DNA from: Acidobacteriota bacterium
GTDB lineage: Bacteria; Acidobacteriota; UBA6911; RPQK01; JAJDTT01
Reading direction: 5' to 3'
NCBI GenBank assembly: GCA_965263035.1
Contig: OZ253580.1
Coordinates: forward strand, 576,001-640,000
DNA: 64,000 nt
The first letter of the stretch is position 1; the number at the start of each line of letters is the position of its first letter. Below are positions 1 through 10,425 of the stretch, in pieces. The translations under genes were made by a program, and so were the position numbers. The notes beneath the pieces are model-generated. The model made no database searches. It was not told the origin of the DNA and worked only from the letters and a program-made list of their open reading frames with translations.

Positions 1-2
1 TC

Positions 3-413
3 ACGGTCAACATCGATTCCGTGGACCGGAAGACCCGAAGAGAGATGATCATGGACCTGACTCGAGGCGATGGTGCGGACGTGGTGGCCGAATTCGTCGG
101 CTCACCGCTGCCGGTGGAGGAGGGCGTTCACCTGCTCCGCCAGTTCGGGCGCTATCTCTGGGTGGGTAACATCGCGCCGGGGAGGACCGCCGCCTTGGAC
201 CCGGCCATCAATGTGCGGTCCGGGCACACCCTCCGTGGGATCATCGCGTATGCCCCCTGGGCACTGCCCCGGGCCCTGGACTTTCTGGCCCGCCGGGGGC
301 ACGCCTACCCTTTCGAGCAGATCATCTCCCACACTTTCCCCCTGACGGATCTCAACGAAGCCTTCGCCCTGGCCGACGAAGGCAAGGCCATCCGCGTCTC
401 GCTGACCTCCTGA
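3..413 (+). CDS. Zinc-binding (MDR family) alcohol dehydrogenase, C-terminal part (5'-truncated by window edge)
   Basis: Frame open from position 3; GADVVAEFVG and IISHTFPLTDLNEAF..A..GKAIRV are typical MDR C-terminal motifs. Confidence 0.85.
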   Translation, partial: TVNIDSVDRKTRREMIMDLTRGDGADVVAEFVGSPLPVEEGVHLLRQFGRYLWVGNIAPGRTAALDPAINVRSGHTLRGIIAYAPWALPRALDFLARRGHAYPFEQIISHTFPLTDLNEAFALADEGKAIRVSLTS

Positions 414-446
414 TCCGATAGTGGGGAAACTAACGTAGGCCGGGCC

Positions 447-2141
447 TCAGACTTCGTTCCTGCGGAACCGTTCCAACAGATGATCGCAGGCCCGGACCGT
501 GAGGGCCATCATGGTCAGGGTGGGATTCTGGCAACCGGCGCTCACGAAACAGGATCCATCGGTGACCAGCAGGTTGTCGACGTCGTGGCACTGATTGTAG
601 GGGTTCAGCACCGACTTGGCCGGTTCGTTCCCCATTCGGGCCGTTCCCACTTCGTGAATCGCCATGCCCGGAGTCGCCGTCTGGGCATTGACCTTGATGT
701 TCCGGGCCCCAACCGACTCCAAGAGTTCAGCGGCCGAAGCGGCCGCGTCCTCCATCATGGCCGCCTCGTTGGGCCCATGGGTCATCTGGATCTTGAGGGC
801 AGGGATCCCCCAGGCATCCTTTTTCTCCGGGTCGATCTCACAGTAGTTGTCCAGCCGGGCCAGGGATTCTCCGAATCCGCTCAGACGGATCATGTAGAAG
901 CCTTCCTTGACCGCCGCCTTGTAGGACGCTCCGAACCCTTCGGCATCGAACCGGAAACTCGGTGAGCTGCCCCCCTGGAAGCCATAGCCTCGAATGAACC
1001 GGGGGTGCCTCTTCTCGCCCGCCAGATTCCGAAACCGGATCATATAGATCCCATTGGGGCGCCGCGGGTCCGAAGCCCGCATCCGGACCGAGAATTGAGG
1101 CAGCTCGCCCGCCGCGCCGGCGCCCACCACGTGGTCCATGAGGTATTTCCCCAGGAGTCCGCTGGCATTGCCGAGACCGTCGGGGTGCTCCCGAGTTGCC
1201 GAGTTGAAGAGGATCCGGGTCGATTCCAGGGCCTGGGCACACAGAATCACCGCCCGGCTCCGCACCTGGTAGGTCCGGCGGTGGTGCCGGTGGACGTAGG
1301 TGACTCCACGGGCGCGGTTGCGAGACGGGTCCATGTCCACCTGGCTGACGATGGCGTCGGTGAGGAGCGTGCAGTTGCCGCTCCTCAGGGCGTCGGCCAC
1401 GGTGGTGGCCGGGCTGTTGAAGTAGGAAGCGGTCACACAGCCCCGTTCGCAGGGACCGCAATAGTGGCAGGCCGCGCGCCCGTTGAGCGGCCGGGTCAGT
1501 ACGGCGGTCCGTCCAATGGTCAGGGTGCGGCCGAATTTTTCCCGCGCCCGGCTCCGGAGCAGCCGTTCTCCGCAGGTCATGGACATGGGAGGCAGAAACT
1601 GCCCGTCAGGCAACTGCGGCCGGCCCTCGGCCTGTCCGCTGATGCCGACGTATTTCTCGACCCGGTCGTAGTAGGGCGCCAGATCCCGGTACGATACGGG
1701 CCAATCATCGCCGTAACCGTCGTGGCTGGCCGCCTTCAGATCCAGGTCGCTGAGACGATAGCTCTGGCGCCCCCAGACCATGCTTCTGCCCCCGACGATT
1801 CGAAGCCGCTGCCAACTGAAGGGCTTGTCCTTCGGAGTGGTGTACGGATTCTCCAGATCGTTGACGAACCAGTCGTAGTTGTACTCGGTGCAAGCGTAGC
1901 AGGCTTTCTGGATGGGACGCGTCCGAACCAGTTCCGGCGAGTGGGTCCGGTATTCCAGCTTGTAGGCGGGCATGTGTTCGGTGAATTCCCGGGGAGAAAC
2001 CTTGCGGCCGGCCTCCAGCAGGACCACCTTCAGGCCGGCCTCCGAGAGGACCTTGGCCGCCCAGCCTCCGGTGGCGCCGGACCCGACCACCGCCACGTCA
2101 TAGAGCACGCTGTGGGGAGCTTGGACCAGGGCGGAACTCAC
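447..2141 (-). CDS. GMC family FAD oxidoreductase (gluconate/glycoside dehydrogenase large subunit-like)
   Basis: YDVAVVGSGATGG FAD motif, CHYCGPCERGC cluster, HEVGTARMG and QNPTLT C-terminal GMC motifs; GTG start at 2141 overlaps the upstream gene's TGA (GTGA). Confidence 0.9.
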   Translation of the reverse strand: MSSALVQAPHSVLYDVAVVGSGATGGWAAKVLSEAGLKVVLLEAGRKVSPREFTEHMPAYKLEYRTHSPELVRTRPIQKACYACTEYNYDWFVNDLENPYTTPKDKPFSWQRLRIVGGRSMVWGRQSYRLSDLDLKAASHDGYGDDWPVSYRDLAPYYDRVEKYVGISGQAEGRPQLPDGQFLPPMSMTCGERLLRSRAREKFGRTLTIGRTAVLTRPLNGRAACHYCGPCERGCVTASYFNSPATTVADALRSGNCTLLTDAIVSQVDMDPSRNRARGVTYVHRHHRRTYQVRSRAVILCAQALESTRILFNSATREHPDGLGNASGLLGKYLMDHVVGAGAAGELPQFSVRMRASDPRRPNGIYMIRFRNLAGEKRHPRFIRGYGFQGGSSPSFRFDAEGFGASYKAAVKEGFYMIRLSGFGESLARLDNYCEIDPEKKDAWGIPALKIQMTHGPNEAAMMEDAAASAAELLESVGARNIKVNAQTATPGMAIHEVGTARMGNEPAKSVLNPYNQCHDVDNLLVTDGSCFVSAGCQNPTLTMMALTVRACDHLLERFRRNEV

Positions 2142-2731
2142 TTGTGGAAACCCTCGGGATGCGGGCATCCCGGAAAGGAACCGGACATGGCGTCCTCGCT
2201 CCATCCCAGTTCTTTCAGGCCCGCCTCCGAACTGTAATAGGCACGACTGATCCAATCTTTCAGTTGCAAGAAGTGGGAGTGACCTGAGAAGTCGGACCGG
2301 TTGCCGCGCCAATTCACCAGCTTGTGGGGATAGGCGACGAAATTGAGAAACTCCAATTGGCTCTCGGAGGGCAGGTGGATGAAGGCCGCGCCGTAGCGTC
2401 CCAGGCATTCCCCGTCGAACCAGGCCAGGCTGTCCAGGAACCGGCTCTGCGCTTCGCGAGTCTCACTGGCCAGAAGCCGGTCGATGAAGCGGTTGACGAG
2501 TGCGGCCTTGGCCCCCGGGGTGTCGGTCTCGGGGATGATGAGGTCGCTCAGTCGGATCAGGGTGTCGTTCTGGTGGGCGTCCAGGAAGACAGGTGTCCAG
2601 TTGGGAGAGGCCAACTCGGCCGAGGCGTCGTGGCCGGGAGGAAACTCCCGGGCCCGAACCGGCTCCGCTCCGGCCAGGGCCGCCGTCAGCGACGCCCCGA
2701 GAGATCGTCCAAAGAAATCGCGGCGCTTCAT
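2138..2731 (-). CDS. Gluconate 2-dehydrogenase subunit 3 family protein with Tat signal
   Basis: MKRRDFFG twin-arginine leader; IIPETDTPGA and YYSSEAG motifs; translationally coupled to the GMC gene. Confidence 0.85.
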   Translation of the reverse strand: MKRRDFFGRSLGASLTAALAGAEPVRAREFPPGHDASAELASPNWTPVFLDAHQNDTLIRLSDLIIPETDTPGAKAALVNRFIDRLLASETREAQSRFLDSLAWFDGECLGRYGAAFIHLPSESQLEFLNFVAYPHKLVNWRGNRSDFSGHSHFLQLKDWISRAYYSSEAGLKELGWSEDAMSGSFPGCPHPEGFHK

Positions 2732-2772
2732 GATCCCGGCTCCTGACTTCGAGAATATCCCGAGAGAGACAA

Positions 2773-2808
2773 TATAATCTACGCGACCCAGTCTACTACC
2801 AAGGAGGA
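2773..2808 (+). promoter_or_regulatory. Putative sigma70 -10 box (TATAAT) and Shine-Dalgarno (AAGGAGG) in divergent intergenic region
   Basis: TATAAT at 2773-2778; AAGGAGGA at 2801-2808 upstream of ATG 2813. Confidence 0.55.
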
Positions 2809-2812
2809 ACCC

Positions 2813-3286
2813 ATGCGAAGAACAAGTCTACTGCTGGCATTGGCCGCCTTCGGTTGCGCTCCTGCCGTCGATCCGGCAACCCCTGAAAGCGTTTCCCAAC
2901 AGCAAGTCGAGGAGGGAGTGATGAGCCCTTCCGGTGTGCAGAGTCTCGAAGCGATCTCCAAGCTGGAGTTCTCGTGGGGATGGATCCGCTGGATGATGAA
3001 CTCCCAGATCGACCCCAATGCCGAGCAGACCTTCGGAATCGTCGAGCTGAATCCGGGCCAGCAGAACCCTCTCCACTCGCATCCCAACTGTGAGGAGCTG
3101 TTGTATGTGGTCTCGGGATCGTGCCGGAAGACAGTGGGAGACAAGACCCATCTCATGCAGCCGGGCGACCTGGTCCGCATTCCCACCGGTGTTCCCCACC
3201 GGGCGGTCACGGTCGGAGAGGAGCCCATGCTGGCGGTGATCGTCTACAGCTCGGCCGACCGGCAGATGGTGATCCACGAAGAGTAG
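2813..3286 (+). CDS. Cupin-domain lipoprotein
   Basis: Lipobox-like LAAFGC; cupin motifs HSHPNCEE and GDLVRIPTGVPH. Confidence 0.85.
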   Translation: MRRTSLLLALAAFGCAPAVDPATPESVSQQQVEEGVMSPSGVQSLEAISKLEFSWGWIRWMMNSQIDPNAEQTFGIVELNPGQQNPLHSHPNCEELLYVVSGSCRKTVGDKTHLMQPGDLVRIPTGVPHRAVTVGEEPMLAVIVYSSADRQMVIHEE

Positions 3287-3345
3287 TTTCTCTTCCCTGC
3301 CCGGCTCTTGTGGATCTACAGGTGCGCTATTACGATGGCGATGAC

Positions 3346-4707
3346 ATGGTGGCGACTGTCGAACACCGAGAGGGGGCCTGGAACCGGCGGCGCTGGATGG
3401 CCGCCGCTGTAGGCGTGACGGGACTGGCCAGTGTCGAGGACATGGCCCTGGCCTTTTCGCCGGCGGCCTACGGTGTGGCACGAAGCGGGCGGCCCCGGGC
3501 CCAGGGTCCCCGGAGCCGGATGAAGATCGGCTCCTTCGAAACCACGCTGGTGGCGTCGCCCGACTACGCTCTGCTGAATTCCTGGAACGTCCACGACACC
3601 CACTTCCAGCGCGCGATCCTGGAATTGGAGACCACGGACGGCTACACGGGAGTGGCCGAAGTCGGGGGAGCGGTGCTCCAAGCCCTCCAAGCGGCGCGTG
3701 AGACCGTACTGGGACGAGACCCCCTCGAGATCGAATATTTCCGCCGACACCTCTCCCATCGCTCCGAATTCGCCCCAAGGCACAATTCCGAATCCCTGGC
3801 CGCGGTGGAAATCGCGTGCCTGGACTTGATCGGAAAGGTGATCGACCGGCCGGTCGTCGATCTGATCGGCGGCCCCTTCCGCAATGAGGCTCCCTTTTCG
3901 GCCTACAACTTTTTTGTTCTCCCGGAGGAGGGCGGACCGGACATCACGACTCCCGAGGCCATGGCCCGGGAATTCCTGGACTTCCACCGGGACCACGGGT
4001 TCACGACCTGCAAGTTCAAAGGGGGCGTTCTTAAGCCCGAGCTGGAGATCGAGGCCTTGACCCGGATCCGGGAGGCCATGCCCCAGGCCAAGCTTCGCAT
4101 CGACCCGAACGCCTCGTGGAGCGTGGAAACCTCGATCCGGGTCGCCCGCCGGCTGGAGCCGCTGGGGATGGAGTACCTGGAGGATCCCACGCCGGGACAG
4201 GAAGGCATGGCCGAGGTGCGCAAACACACGTCCATTCCCCTGGCCACCAACATGTGCGTCACCCGCATGGAGCACATCCGCCCCGGGTACGACCGGGGCG
4301 CCATCGACATCGTGTTGCTGGATCCCCACTATATGGGCGGGCTCAACAACGTCCGGCACTGGGCGGCCACGTGTGAGGCTCTGGGATGGGGCTGCTCCGG
4401 CCACAGCAACAACTACCTCGGTATCTCCATGGCCACCCAGATCCACATGGCCTGCGCCATCTCCCATATCGCCTACGCCGTGGATTCGCACTATCCATGG
4501 ACCACTCAAGACATTGTCCGGGGCGGGATGCTCCGGTTCCGGGACGGCAAGATGGCGCTCCCCCCAGGTCCCGGCCTCGGTGTCGAGATCGACCCGGACA
4601 AAAAGGCCATGCTGGCCGAGAACGTGGCCCGCACCCAGCCCCGGCACGATCTGCTCCATAATTGGGACCCCGGATACCCCAAGGACCGCCATGGCGTCCG
4701 CTGGTAG
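3346..4707 (+). CDS. Enolase-superfamily glucarate dehydratase-related protein with Tat-like leader
   Basis: KFKGG, RIDPN, EYLEDP, LATNM, HSNN motifs of the GlucD subgroup; N-terminal NRRRWMAAAVGVTGLA; start inferred at ATG 3346. Confidence 0.8.
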   Translation: MVATVEHREGAWNRRRWMAAAVGVTGLASVEDMALAFSPAAYGVARSGRPRAQGPRSRMKIGSFETTLVASPDYALLNSWNVHDTHFQRAILELETTDGYTGVAEVGGAVLQALQAARETVLGRDPLEIEYFRRHLSHRSEFAPRHNSESLAAVEIACLDLIGKVIDRPVVDLIGGPFRNEAPFSAYNFFVLPEEGGPDITTPEAMAREFLDFHRDHGFTTCKFKGGVLKPELEIEALTRIREAMPQAKLRIDPNASWSVETSIRVARRLEPLGMEYLEDPTPGQEGMAEVRKHTSIPLATNMCVTRMEHIRPGYDRGAIDIVLLDPHYMGGLNNVRHWAATCEALGWGCSGHSNNYLGISMATQIHMACAISHIAYAVDSHYPWTTQDIVRGGMLRFRDGKMALPPGPGLGVEIDPDKKAMLAENVARTQPRHDLLHNWDPGYPKDRHGVRW

Positions 4708-4729
4708 ACCGGAACTCAGGTAACTCCGC

Positions 4730-7700
4730 ATGAAACGCTCCCTGTTCCTGTTTCTAGGCCTGCTCCTGTTGAAGACCGGATGCGGGCCGGACCCTGCCTC
4801 GACCCCTCCCTCCCCGGAGGAAATGCTGGAGACCTTTCGCATCAGCGACGAGTTCCGGGTTGAAATCTTTGCCGCCGAGCCGGACGTGACCGATCCGGTT
4901 GAGCTGGCGTTCGACGAACAGGGGCGGGCCTGGGTCGCCGAAATGCGGGACTATCCCTACCAGCCGCCTGAGGGGGAAACGGCCCTGAGCCGGGTCCGCG
5001 TCATGGAAGACCGGGACGGCGACGGCCGGGTGGACCACTCCACCATCTTCGCCGAAGGACTGCCCAACGTGAAGAGTGTCCTCCCGTGGAAGGACGGCGT
5101 GCTGGTGAGCTCGGCGCCGCACATTCTTTATCTGAGGGACACCGACGGAGACATGAGGGCGGACGAGACGACACCCCTTTTCAGCGGATTCACGATCCTG
5201 GTGGACCCGGAAGGCCAGCTCAGCAACCTGCGCTTCGGGATCGACAACTGGATCTACGCCGGCAACGACAGTCAAGCCGGACAGATCACCTTCTCCCGCC
5301 GGCCCGACGCCGAACCGGCTTCGATCTTGAACGCCGACTTCAGGTTTCGTCTGGACCGGAATCTATTCGAGACGGCTTCGGGAGCGACGCGATTCGGAAT
5401 GAGCTTCGACAACTGGGGACGTCGCTTCTTCTCCCAGGCGGGGAGACACGTTCAGCACGTGGTGGCGGCCCGTCGCTATCTCCAGCGCAACCTCTTTCTG
5501 CTGGCGCCTCCCGTCACCCGCTTCATCTCCGATCACGATCAGCGCATATTCCAGCTCACTCCCCCCGAGGCTTGGCGCGAGGCCCGCACCCGGATGCGCC
5601 AGCGGCGCTCCCGGGAACTGGGGAGAGAACGGGAACTGGCCGCCACCGGCTTCTTCACCGGAGCGACCGGAAACACCATTTACAACGGAGATACGTTTCC
5701 CACGAGCTACTGGGGCAACGCGTTCGCCGGCGACGTGGCCGGCAACATCGTTCACCGCGACGTTCTCACCCCCAGCGGCGTCAGTTTCGTCGCCAACCGG
5801 GCTGAGGAGGAAGAGAACCGTGAGTTCATGGCTTCCACGTCACGCTGGTTCCGGCCGGCCAACTTCACCGTAGGTCCCGACGGGAACCTATACGTTATCG
5901 ACATTTGCCGCCAGTATGTGGAGACTCCGGCCTCCATCCCCGAGCCCATCAAGGAGGGCCTCGACTTCTACGCCGGGACCGATCACGGCCGCATCTACCG
6001 GATCGTGCCTCGGAATTCCGCCTCCAGCCCGCACCTTCGCCCCGAACTCCACAAAGCCGCCACACCGGAGCTGGTCGGGCATCTCGCCTCTCCGAACCAA
6101 TGGTGGCGTCTCACCGCCCAGCGGCTTCTTCTCCAGCGGCAAGACCGGTCCGCTCTTCCCGCGTTGAGAGAGATGGCGGGCAAACGGAAGAATCCCCAAG
6201 CCCGGCTCCACGCCCTCTATGCTCTGGAAGGTCTGTCCGCCCTGGAGGAATCCATCGTCGGAGAAGCTCTGGGAGACGAACATCCCGGTGTTCGGGAATC
6301 GGCCGTCCTCCTCGCCGAGAATTTCCCCGGCCTCCTGCCCAGGCTGGTGAAGATGACGGGGGACCCTTCTCCCCGCGTCGCCTTCCAGCTCTCCCTGAGC
6401 CTGGGTGAATTTTCCGGTCCCCGTGTGCTTGACGCCTTCCGAAACTTGCTGGCCCGTCACGGAGAGGACCCGTGGCAACGAGCCGCCATCCTCAGTTCCG
6501 ACGCGGGCTCCTCGCTGCAGCTGCTGGAATCGATGGTGGCGGAACGCGGCTATTTCAAGGATCCGACTCCGAACAAAACCGGCTTCCTGGAGGATCTGGC
6601 CGCCGTCGTGGGTGCTCGCAACCGGGGTCAGGAAGTCCAGCGCCTGGTTCGCTTGCTGGCCCGGTCGCGGCCTCTGCGAGAGAAAAGCTGGCAGACGGCG
6701 GGCCTGTCGGGGCTGGCCCGCGGTCTGGAGCTGGGACAGGTGCTTCACCTGAAGCCGGCAGGCGCGACCGGGTCACTGCGAAACCTGTTGGCAAACCGTT
6801 CACAGGAGGTGCGCGGCGCCGCGGCCAGAGTCGGCAAACACTTCCAAGTTCCGTCGCTGGTGGCGGCCGCCAGGAAGGCCGTCTTGGATGAGACCCTTTC
6901 GGCAACCCGGAGATCCAGCTCCATCCGAATGCTCGCCTCCGCCCCTTACCGGGAGGTCGAACCGATCTTGGCGCGTTTTCTGACTGCCTCGGATCCGGAG
7001 TTGACGCGGGCCACCCTGGAAACCCTCTCCTATTTCGAAGACCCGGGTGTCAGCCGCCTGGTCCTCGAAGGGTGGAGCACGTTCTCCCCGGATGTCCGTG
7101 CGGCCGCTCTGGCGATCCTCCTTGACCACCCCGAGCGGGTGCGGGCTCTCTTGAACGCCGTCGAAAGCGGCGCTGTCGAACGGGCCGCGCTGGACCATCA
7201 GCAGAAGCAGTTCCTGAGAAACCACCCACGGGAGCAGATCCGACAACAGACCGCAGAGGTCTTGGAGGCGGATACCACGGACCGGGAGGCACTGGTCGAA
7301 GAATACCTGCCGATTCTGGAGCTGGAGGCCGACCCGATCAACGGCCGGGAGGTCTTTCGCCAGGAATGCGCTCGCTGCCATGAGCCGGATCAGGGGGTTG
7401 GCGTCGGCCCCGGGCTACGGACAGCGGTCCAGGGCCATACGCGCGAACAGCTCCTCTTCGACATCCTGAATCCCAGCGGACTCATCCTGTCCCGCTACCA
7501 GAACTACATCGTCACCACCCGTGACGGCAGAGTCTATGGAGGAATCATCGCCGCCGAGACTCCCGGCACCCTCACGTTCAGGAGCGGGCCGAATCAGGAG
7601 GAAACCATTCTCCGGGGCCGAATCGCCGAGATCCGGGCTTCGGAGGTGTCGGTCATGCCCGAAGGTTTCGAGGAGAATCTGACTCGCCAGGAACTGGCCG

Positions 7701-7768
7701 ACGTCATTTCGTTTATGCAGGCGGGATACTTGATCCCCGAGGAGCTGGCCGCGCCGAGGAACGACTGA
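4730..7768 (+). CDS. PVC-type membrane-bound dehydrogenase / HEAT-repeat / cytochrome c (CxxCH) protein
   Basis: Signal/lipobox-like N-terminus, beta-propeller dehydrogenase region (FRPANFTVGPDGNLY), helical repeats, CARCH heme motif and SVMPEGFE. Confidence 0.85.
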   Translation: MKRSLFLFLGLLLLKTGCGPDPASTPPSPEEMLETFRISDEFRVEIFAAEPDVTDPVELAFDEQGRAWVAEMRDYPYQPPEGETALSRVRVMEDRDGDGRVDHSTIFAEGLPNVKSVLPWKDGVLVSSAPHILYLRDTDGDMRADETTPLFSGFTILVDPEGQLSNLRFGIDNWIYAGNDSQAGQITFSRRPDAEPASILNADFRFRLDRNLFETASGATRFGMSFDNWGRRFFSQAGRHVQHVVAARRYLQRNLFLLAPPVTRFISDHDQRIFQLTPPEAWREARTRMRQRRSRELGRERELAATGFFTGATGNTIYNGDTFPTSYWGNAFAGDVAGNIVHRDVLTPSGVSFVANRAEEEENREFMASTSRWFRPANFTVGPDGNLYVIDICRQYVETPASIPEPIKEGLDFYAGTDHGRIYRIVPRNSASSPHLRPELHKAATPELVGHLASPNQWWRLTAQRLLLQRQDRSALPALREMAGKRKNPQARLHALYALEGLSALEESIVGEALGDEHPGVRESAVLLAENFPGLLPRLVKMTGDPSPRVAFQLSLSLGEFSGPRVLDAFRNLLARHGEDPWQRAAILSSDAGSSLQLLESMVAERGYFKDPTPNKTGFLEDLAAVVGARNRGQEVQRLVRLLARSRPLREKSWQTAGLSGLARGLELGQVLHLKPAGATGSLRNLLANRSQEVRGAAARVGKHFQVPSLVAAARKAVLDETLSATRRSSSIRMLASAPYREVEPILARFLTASDPELTRATLETLSYFEDPGVSRLVLEGWSTFSPDVRAAALAILLDHPERVRALLNAVESGAVERAALDHQQKQFLRNHPREQIRQQTAEVLEADTTDREALVEEYLPILELEADPINGREVFRQECARCHEPDQGVGVGPGLRTAVQGHTREQLLFDILNPSGLILSRYQNYIVTTRDGRVYGGIIAAETPGTLTFRSGPNQEETILRGRIAEIRASEVSVMPEGFEENLTRQELADVISFMQAGYLIPEELAAPRND

Positions 7769-7902
7769 ACCTGATCCCCCATGTCACAGGTCTCCGACAC
7801 ACTCGGATTCTCAAATGACGTTTAACGAACTCTTTATTCCCCCTTTAAAATGTGCATGTAGACTTCCATTGGCACTGGATCACCTGAGATGGAAGCACCC
7901 CC

Positions 7903-8601
7903 ATGAATGCCAGCAAGAAAGTCATCGTCATCGAGGATGAACCCGATATCCAGGAAATCATCGTTCACAACCTCCTGAGAGACGGGTATCAGGTGGAAGC
8001 GACTCCGAATGGGGAACGGGGACTGGAACTGGTACGCAGGCTCGAGCCCGATCTGGTTCTGTTGGACCTGATGCTTCCCGGTCTGGACGGAGTCGAGGTC
8101 TGCCGCCGCATGAAGACCGACCCTCGTACGCGAGCCGTTTCCATCATCATGGTCACGGCCCGTGGAGAAGAGAGCGACGTCGTCCTGGGATTGGGCCTGG
8201 GCGCCGACGACTACGTGTCCAAGCCCTTCAGCCCCAGGGAGCTCATGGAGCGGGTCAAGGCGGTTCTCCGCAGGGGGCCACTCCAGGACCATCAGAGCCG
8301 AGAAAGAATTGTCGTGGGTGACGTCGTGATCGACGCCGGACGCCACGAGTTTCGAGTCTCCAAGAGGCGGGTCGACCTGACCGCTTCCGAGTTTCGCCTT
8401 CTCCATTGCCTGGCGTCCCAGCCGGGTCGGGTCTTTACCCGGGACCAACTCTTGAACCGGGTGGTGGGAGAAGATACCTTCATTGACGATCGCAACATCG
8501 ACGTCCATGTCGGTGCAGTTCGCAGGAAGCTGGGGGCTCACAAGTATCTCGTCGAGACCGTCAGGGGCGTGGGCTACCGCTTCCACGACGATTACATGTA
8601 G
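7903..8601 (+). CDS. OmpR/PhoB-family response regulator (PhoB-like)
   Basis: IEDE, LLDLMLP, KPFS receiver motifs; winged-helix ETVRGVGYRF. Confidence 0.9.
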   Translation: MNASKKVIVIEDEPDIQEIIVHNLLRDGYQVEATPNGERGLELVRRLEPDLVLLDLMLPGLDGVEVCRRMKTDPRTRAVSIIMVTARGEESDVVLGLGLGADDYVSKPFSPRELMERVKAVLRRGPLQDHQSRERIVVGDVVIDAGRHEFRVSKRRVDLTASEFRLLHCLASQPGRVFTRDQLLNRVVGEDTFIDDRNIDVHVGAVRRKLGAHKYLVETVRGVGYRFHDDYM

Positions 8602-8604
8602 TAG

Positions 8605-10425
8605 ATGATACGTTCCCGCCTGCTGTGGAAACTCTATCTGGGCTATTTCGTCCTGATCGTGTTGACCGCCTCCATCCTGGGCGGTCTGGTCTTTCGGCGA
8701 ATCAAGGAAGATTCGCTGGAGGAGATCCAGACTTCCCTTCGGACTCATGCCCTCCTTCTCAGGGAGTTTGCCGGGCGCCGTCCCGCTGACGAATCGGCAA
8801 CGGAACTCAAGGATCGACTCCGCATCCTGGGCCGGGAAATGGGAGCCCGTCTCACCGTCATCGGCGCCGACGGCGTCGTCCTGGGGGACTCGGACCAGGA
8901 CCCCGCCGAGATGGACAACCAGCTGAACCGGCCCGGGATTCTGCGGGCTCGTTCCCACGGCCTGGATACCCGTCCCAGATTGAGCGACCTCCATGGGGTC
9001 CCTGGGATCTCCCTGGCACTGCCCATAGGTGAGAAGTCCGGCTTTGGGGGATACATCCGCGTCTCCATGCCGCTGTCGGCGATCGATGAGCGGTTGGGAA
9101 GATCGGGAAGGGCCGTTTTGGGTGGCACTGTCATCGTGGCGGCGGTGGCCCTGATCCTGGGGTTGCTGGTGGCTCGACGCCTGCTCAGGCCCCTGGTTTC
9201 CATGACTCGCATCGCCGAGTCCATGGCCAAGGGTGACTACGGCCAGCGCCTTTCCATCGCGCGATCCGACGAGATTGGAGAGCTGGGGGATGCACTCAAC
9301 CGGATGGCCCGCAGTTGCCAGCGACGCATGGAGACGTTTCAAACCGATCACCGGCAGCTCCTGGCCATTCTCGGCGGCATGGCGGAGGGAGTGGTGGCCG
9401 TCGACGAGAACGAACGCGTCCTGCATATGAACCAAGCCGCTGGTCGGATTCTGGGAGCCGATCCGTCGACCAGTCTCGGCAAGCCGGTTTGGGAAACCAC
9501 GAGGATCCTTCAAATCTCAGAAACCATTTCCAGAACCCTCCGGGAAGGGACAGGCGTCAACACCAGCCTGGAGCTCAGGTCGTCCCCGCGAGACCGCTCC
9601 ATCGAGTTGAAAGCCACGCCGCTCCGCAACGGCGACCAGGCACCGGCGGGAGCCGTGGTGGTGATGCACGACATCTCGGAGCGCCTGAGGGTCGAGACCA
9701 TGAGGCAGGATTTCGTGGCCAACGTCTCCCACGAACTGAAGACGCCCGTAGCGGCCATCCAGGCTCTCGTGGAAACGATCCTGGATGACCCGGACATGAC
9801 CTGTCAGACGCGAGACCGATTCCTCCGGAAGACCCGGAACCAGTCCCTCCGTCTCTCCTCCATCGTGACCGACTTGCTTACTCTGTCCCGAATGGAATCG
9901 GAAGAGGGAGTCTCCCGCGAAATCGTCGACCTGAGAGACACGGTTGCGGTTCCGGCGGAGGAAGCCATTCCGACGGCGGAAGTTCGGGGCATCCAACTCC
10001 ACATTCAAGTTCCGGATCGGCCCATGTGGATCGCCGGCGACATGGAAGGCCTCTGTCTGGTGACCTCGAACCTAGTGGGAAACGCCCTCAAATACACGCC
10101 TGAAATGGGCGAGGTTACGGTGAGCTTGAGCCAGGAGGGGAATCAGGCCCTATTGGAGGTCGAGGACAGCGGGATCGGCATCGAGGCCCGACACCTGGAC
10201 CGCATCTTCGAACGCTTCTACCGGGTCGACACGGCCCGTTCCCGGGAACTGGGCGGGACCGGATTGGGCCTTTCGATCGTCAAGAGAGTGGTGCTGGCTC
10301 ACAATGGCACCGTCTCGGTGGAGAGCATTGCCGGTCGAGGCAGCAGGTTCAGGGTTCTCCTTCCCGTTCCCGGAAATTCCTGGCCCGAATCTGAACCGCG
10401 GGTTATTCGCTCACCGGCCTCCTGA
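8605..10425 (+). CDS. PhoR-like sensor histidine kinase (HAMP-PAS-HisKA-HATPase)
   Basis: Two TM segments, DFVANVSHELKTP H-box, NALKYT, DSGIGI, GGTGLGLSIV. Confidence 0.9.
   Translation: MIRSRLLWKLYLGYFVLIVLTASILGGLVFRRIKEDSLEEIQTSLRTHALLLREFAGRRPADESATELKDRLRILGREMGARLTVIGADGVVLGDSDQDPAEMDNQLNRPGILRARSHGLDTRPRLSDLHGVPGISLALPIGEKSGFGGYIRVSMPLSAIDERLGRSGRAVLGGTVIVAAVALILGLLVARRLLRPLVSMTRIAESMAKGDYGQRLSIARSDEIGELGDALNRMARSCQRRMETFQTDHRQLLAILGGMAEGVVAVDENERVLHMNQAAGRILGADPSTSLGKPVWETTRILQISETISRTLREGTGVNTSLELRSSPRDRSIELKATPLRNGDQAPAGAVVVMHDISERLRVETMRQDFVANVSHELKTPVAAIQALVETILDDPDMTCQTRDRFLRKTRNQSLRLSSIVTDLLTLSRMESEEGVSREIVDLRDTVAVPAEEAIPTAEVRGIQLHIQVPDRPMWIAGDMEGLCLVTSNLVGNALKYTPEMGEVTVSLSQEGNQALLEVEDSGIGIEARHLDRIFERFYRVDTARSRELGGTGLGLSIVKRVVLAHNGTVSVESIAGRGSRFRVLLPVPGNSWPESEPRVIRSPAS

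Noticed and set aside
7781-7800. Pho box upstream of the PhoB-like gene
   Set aside because: GTCAC/GACAC half-sites are 13 bp apart rather than the 11-bp period of Pho boxes.
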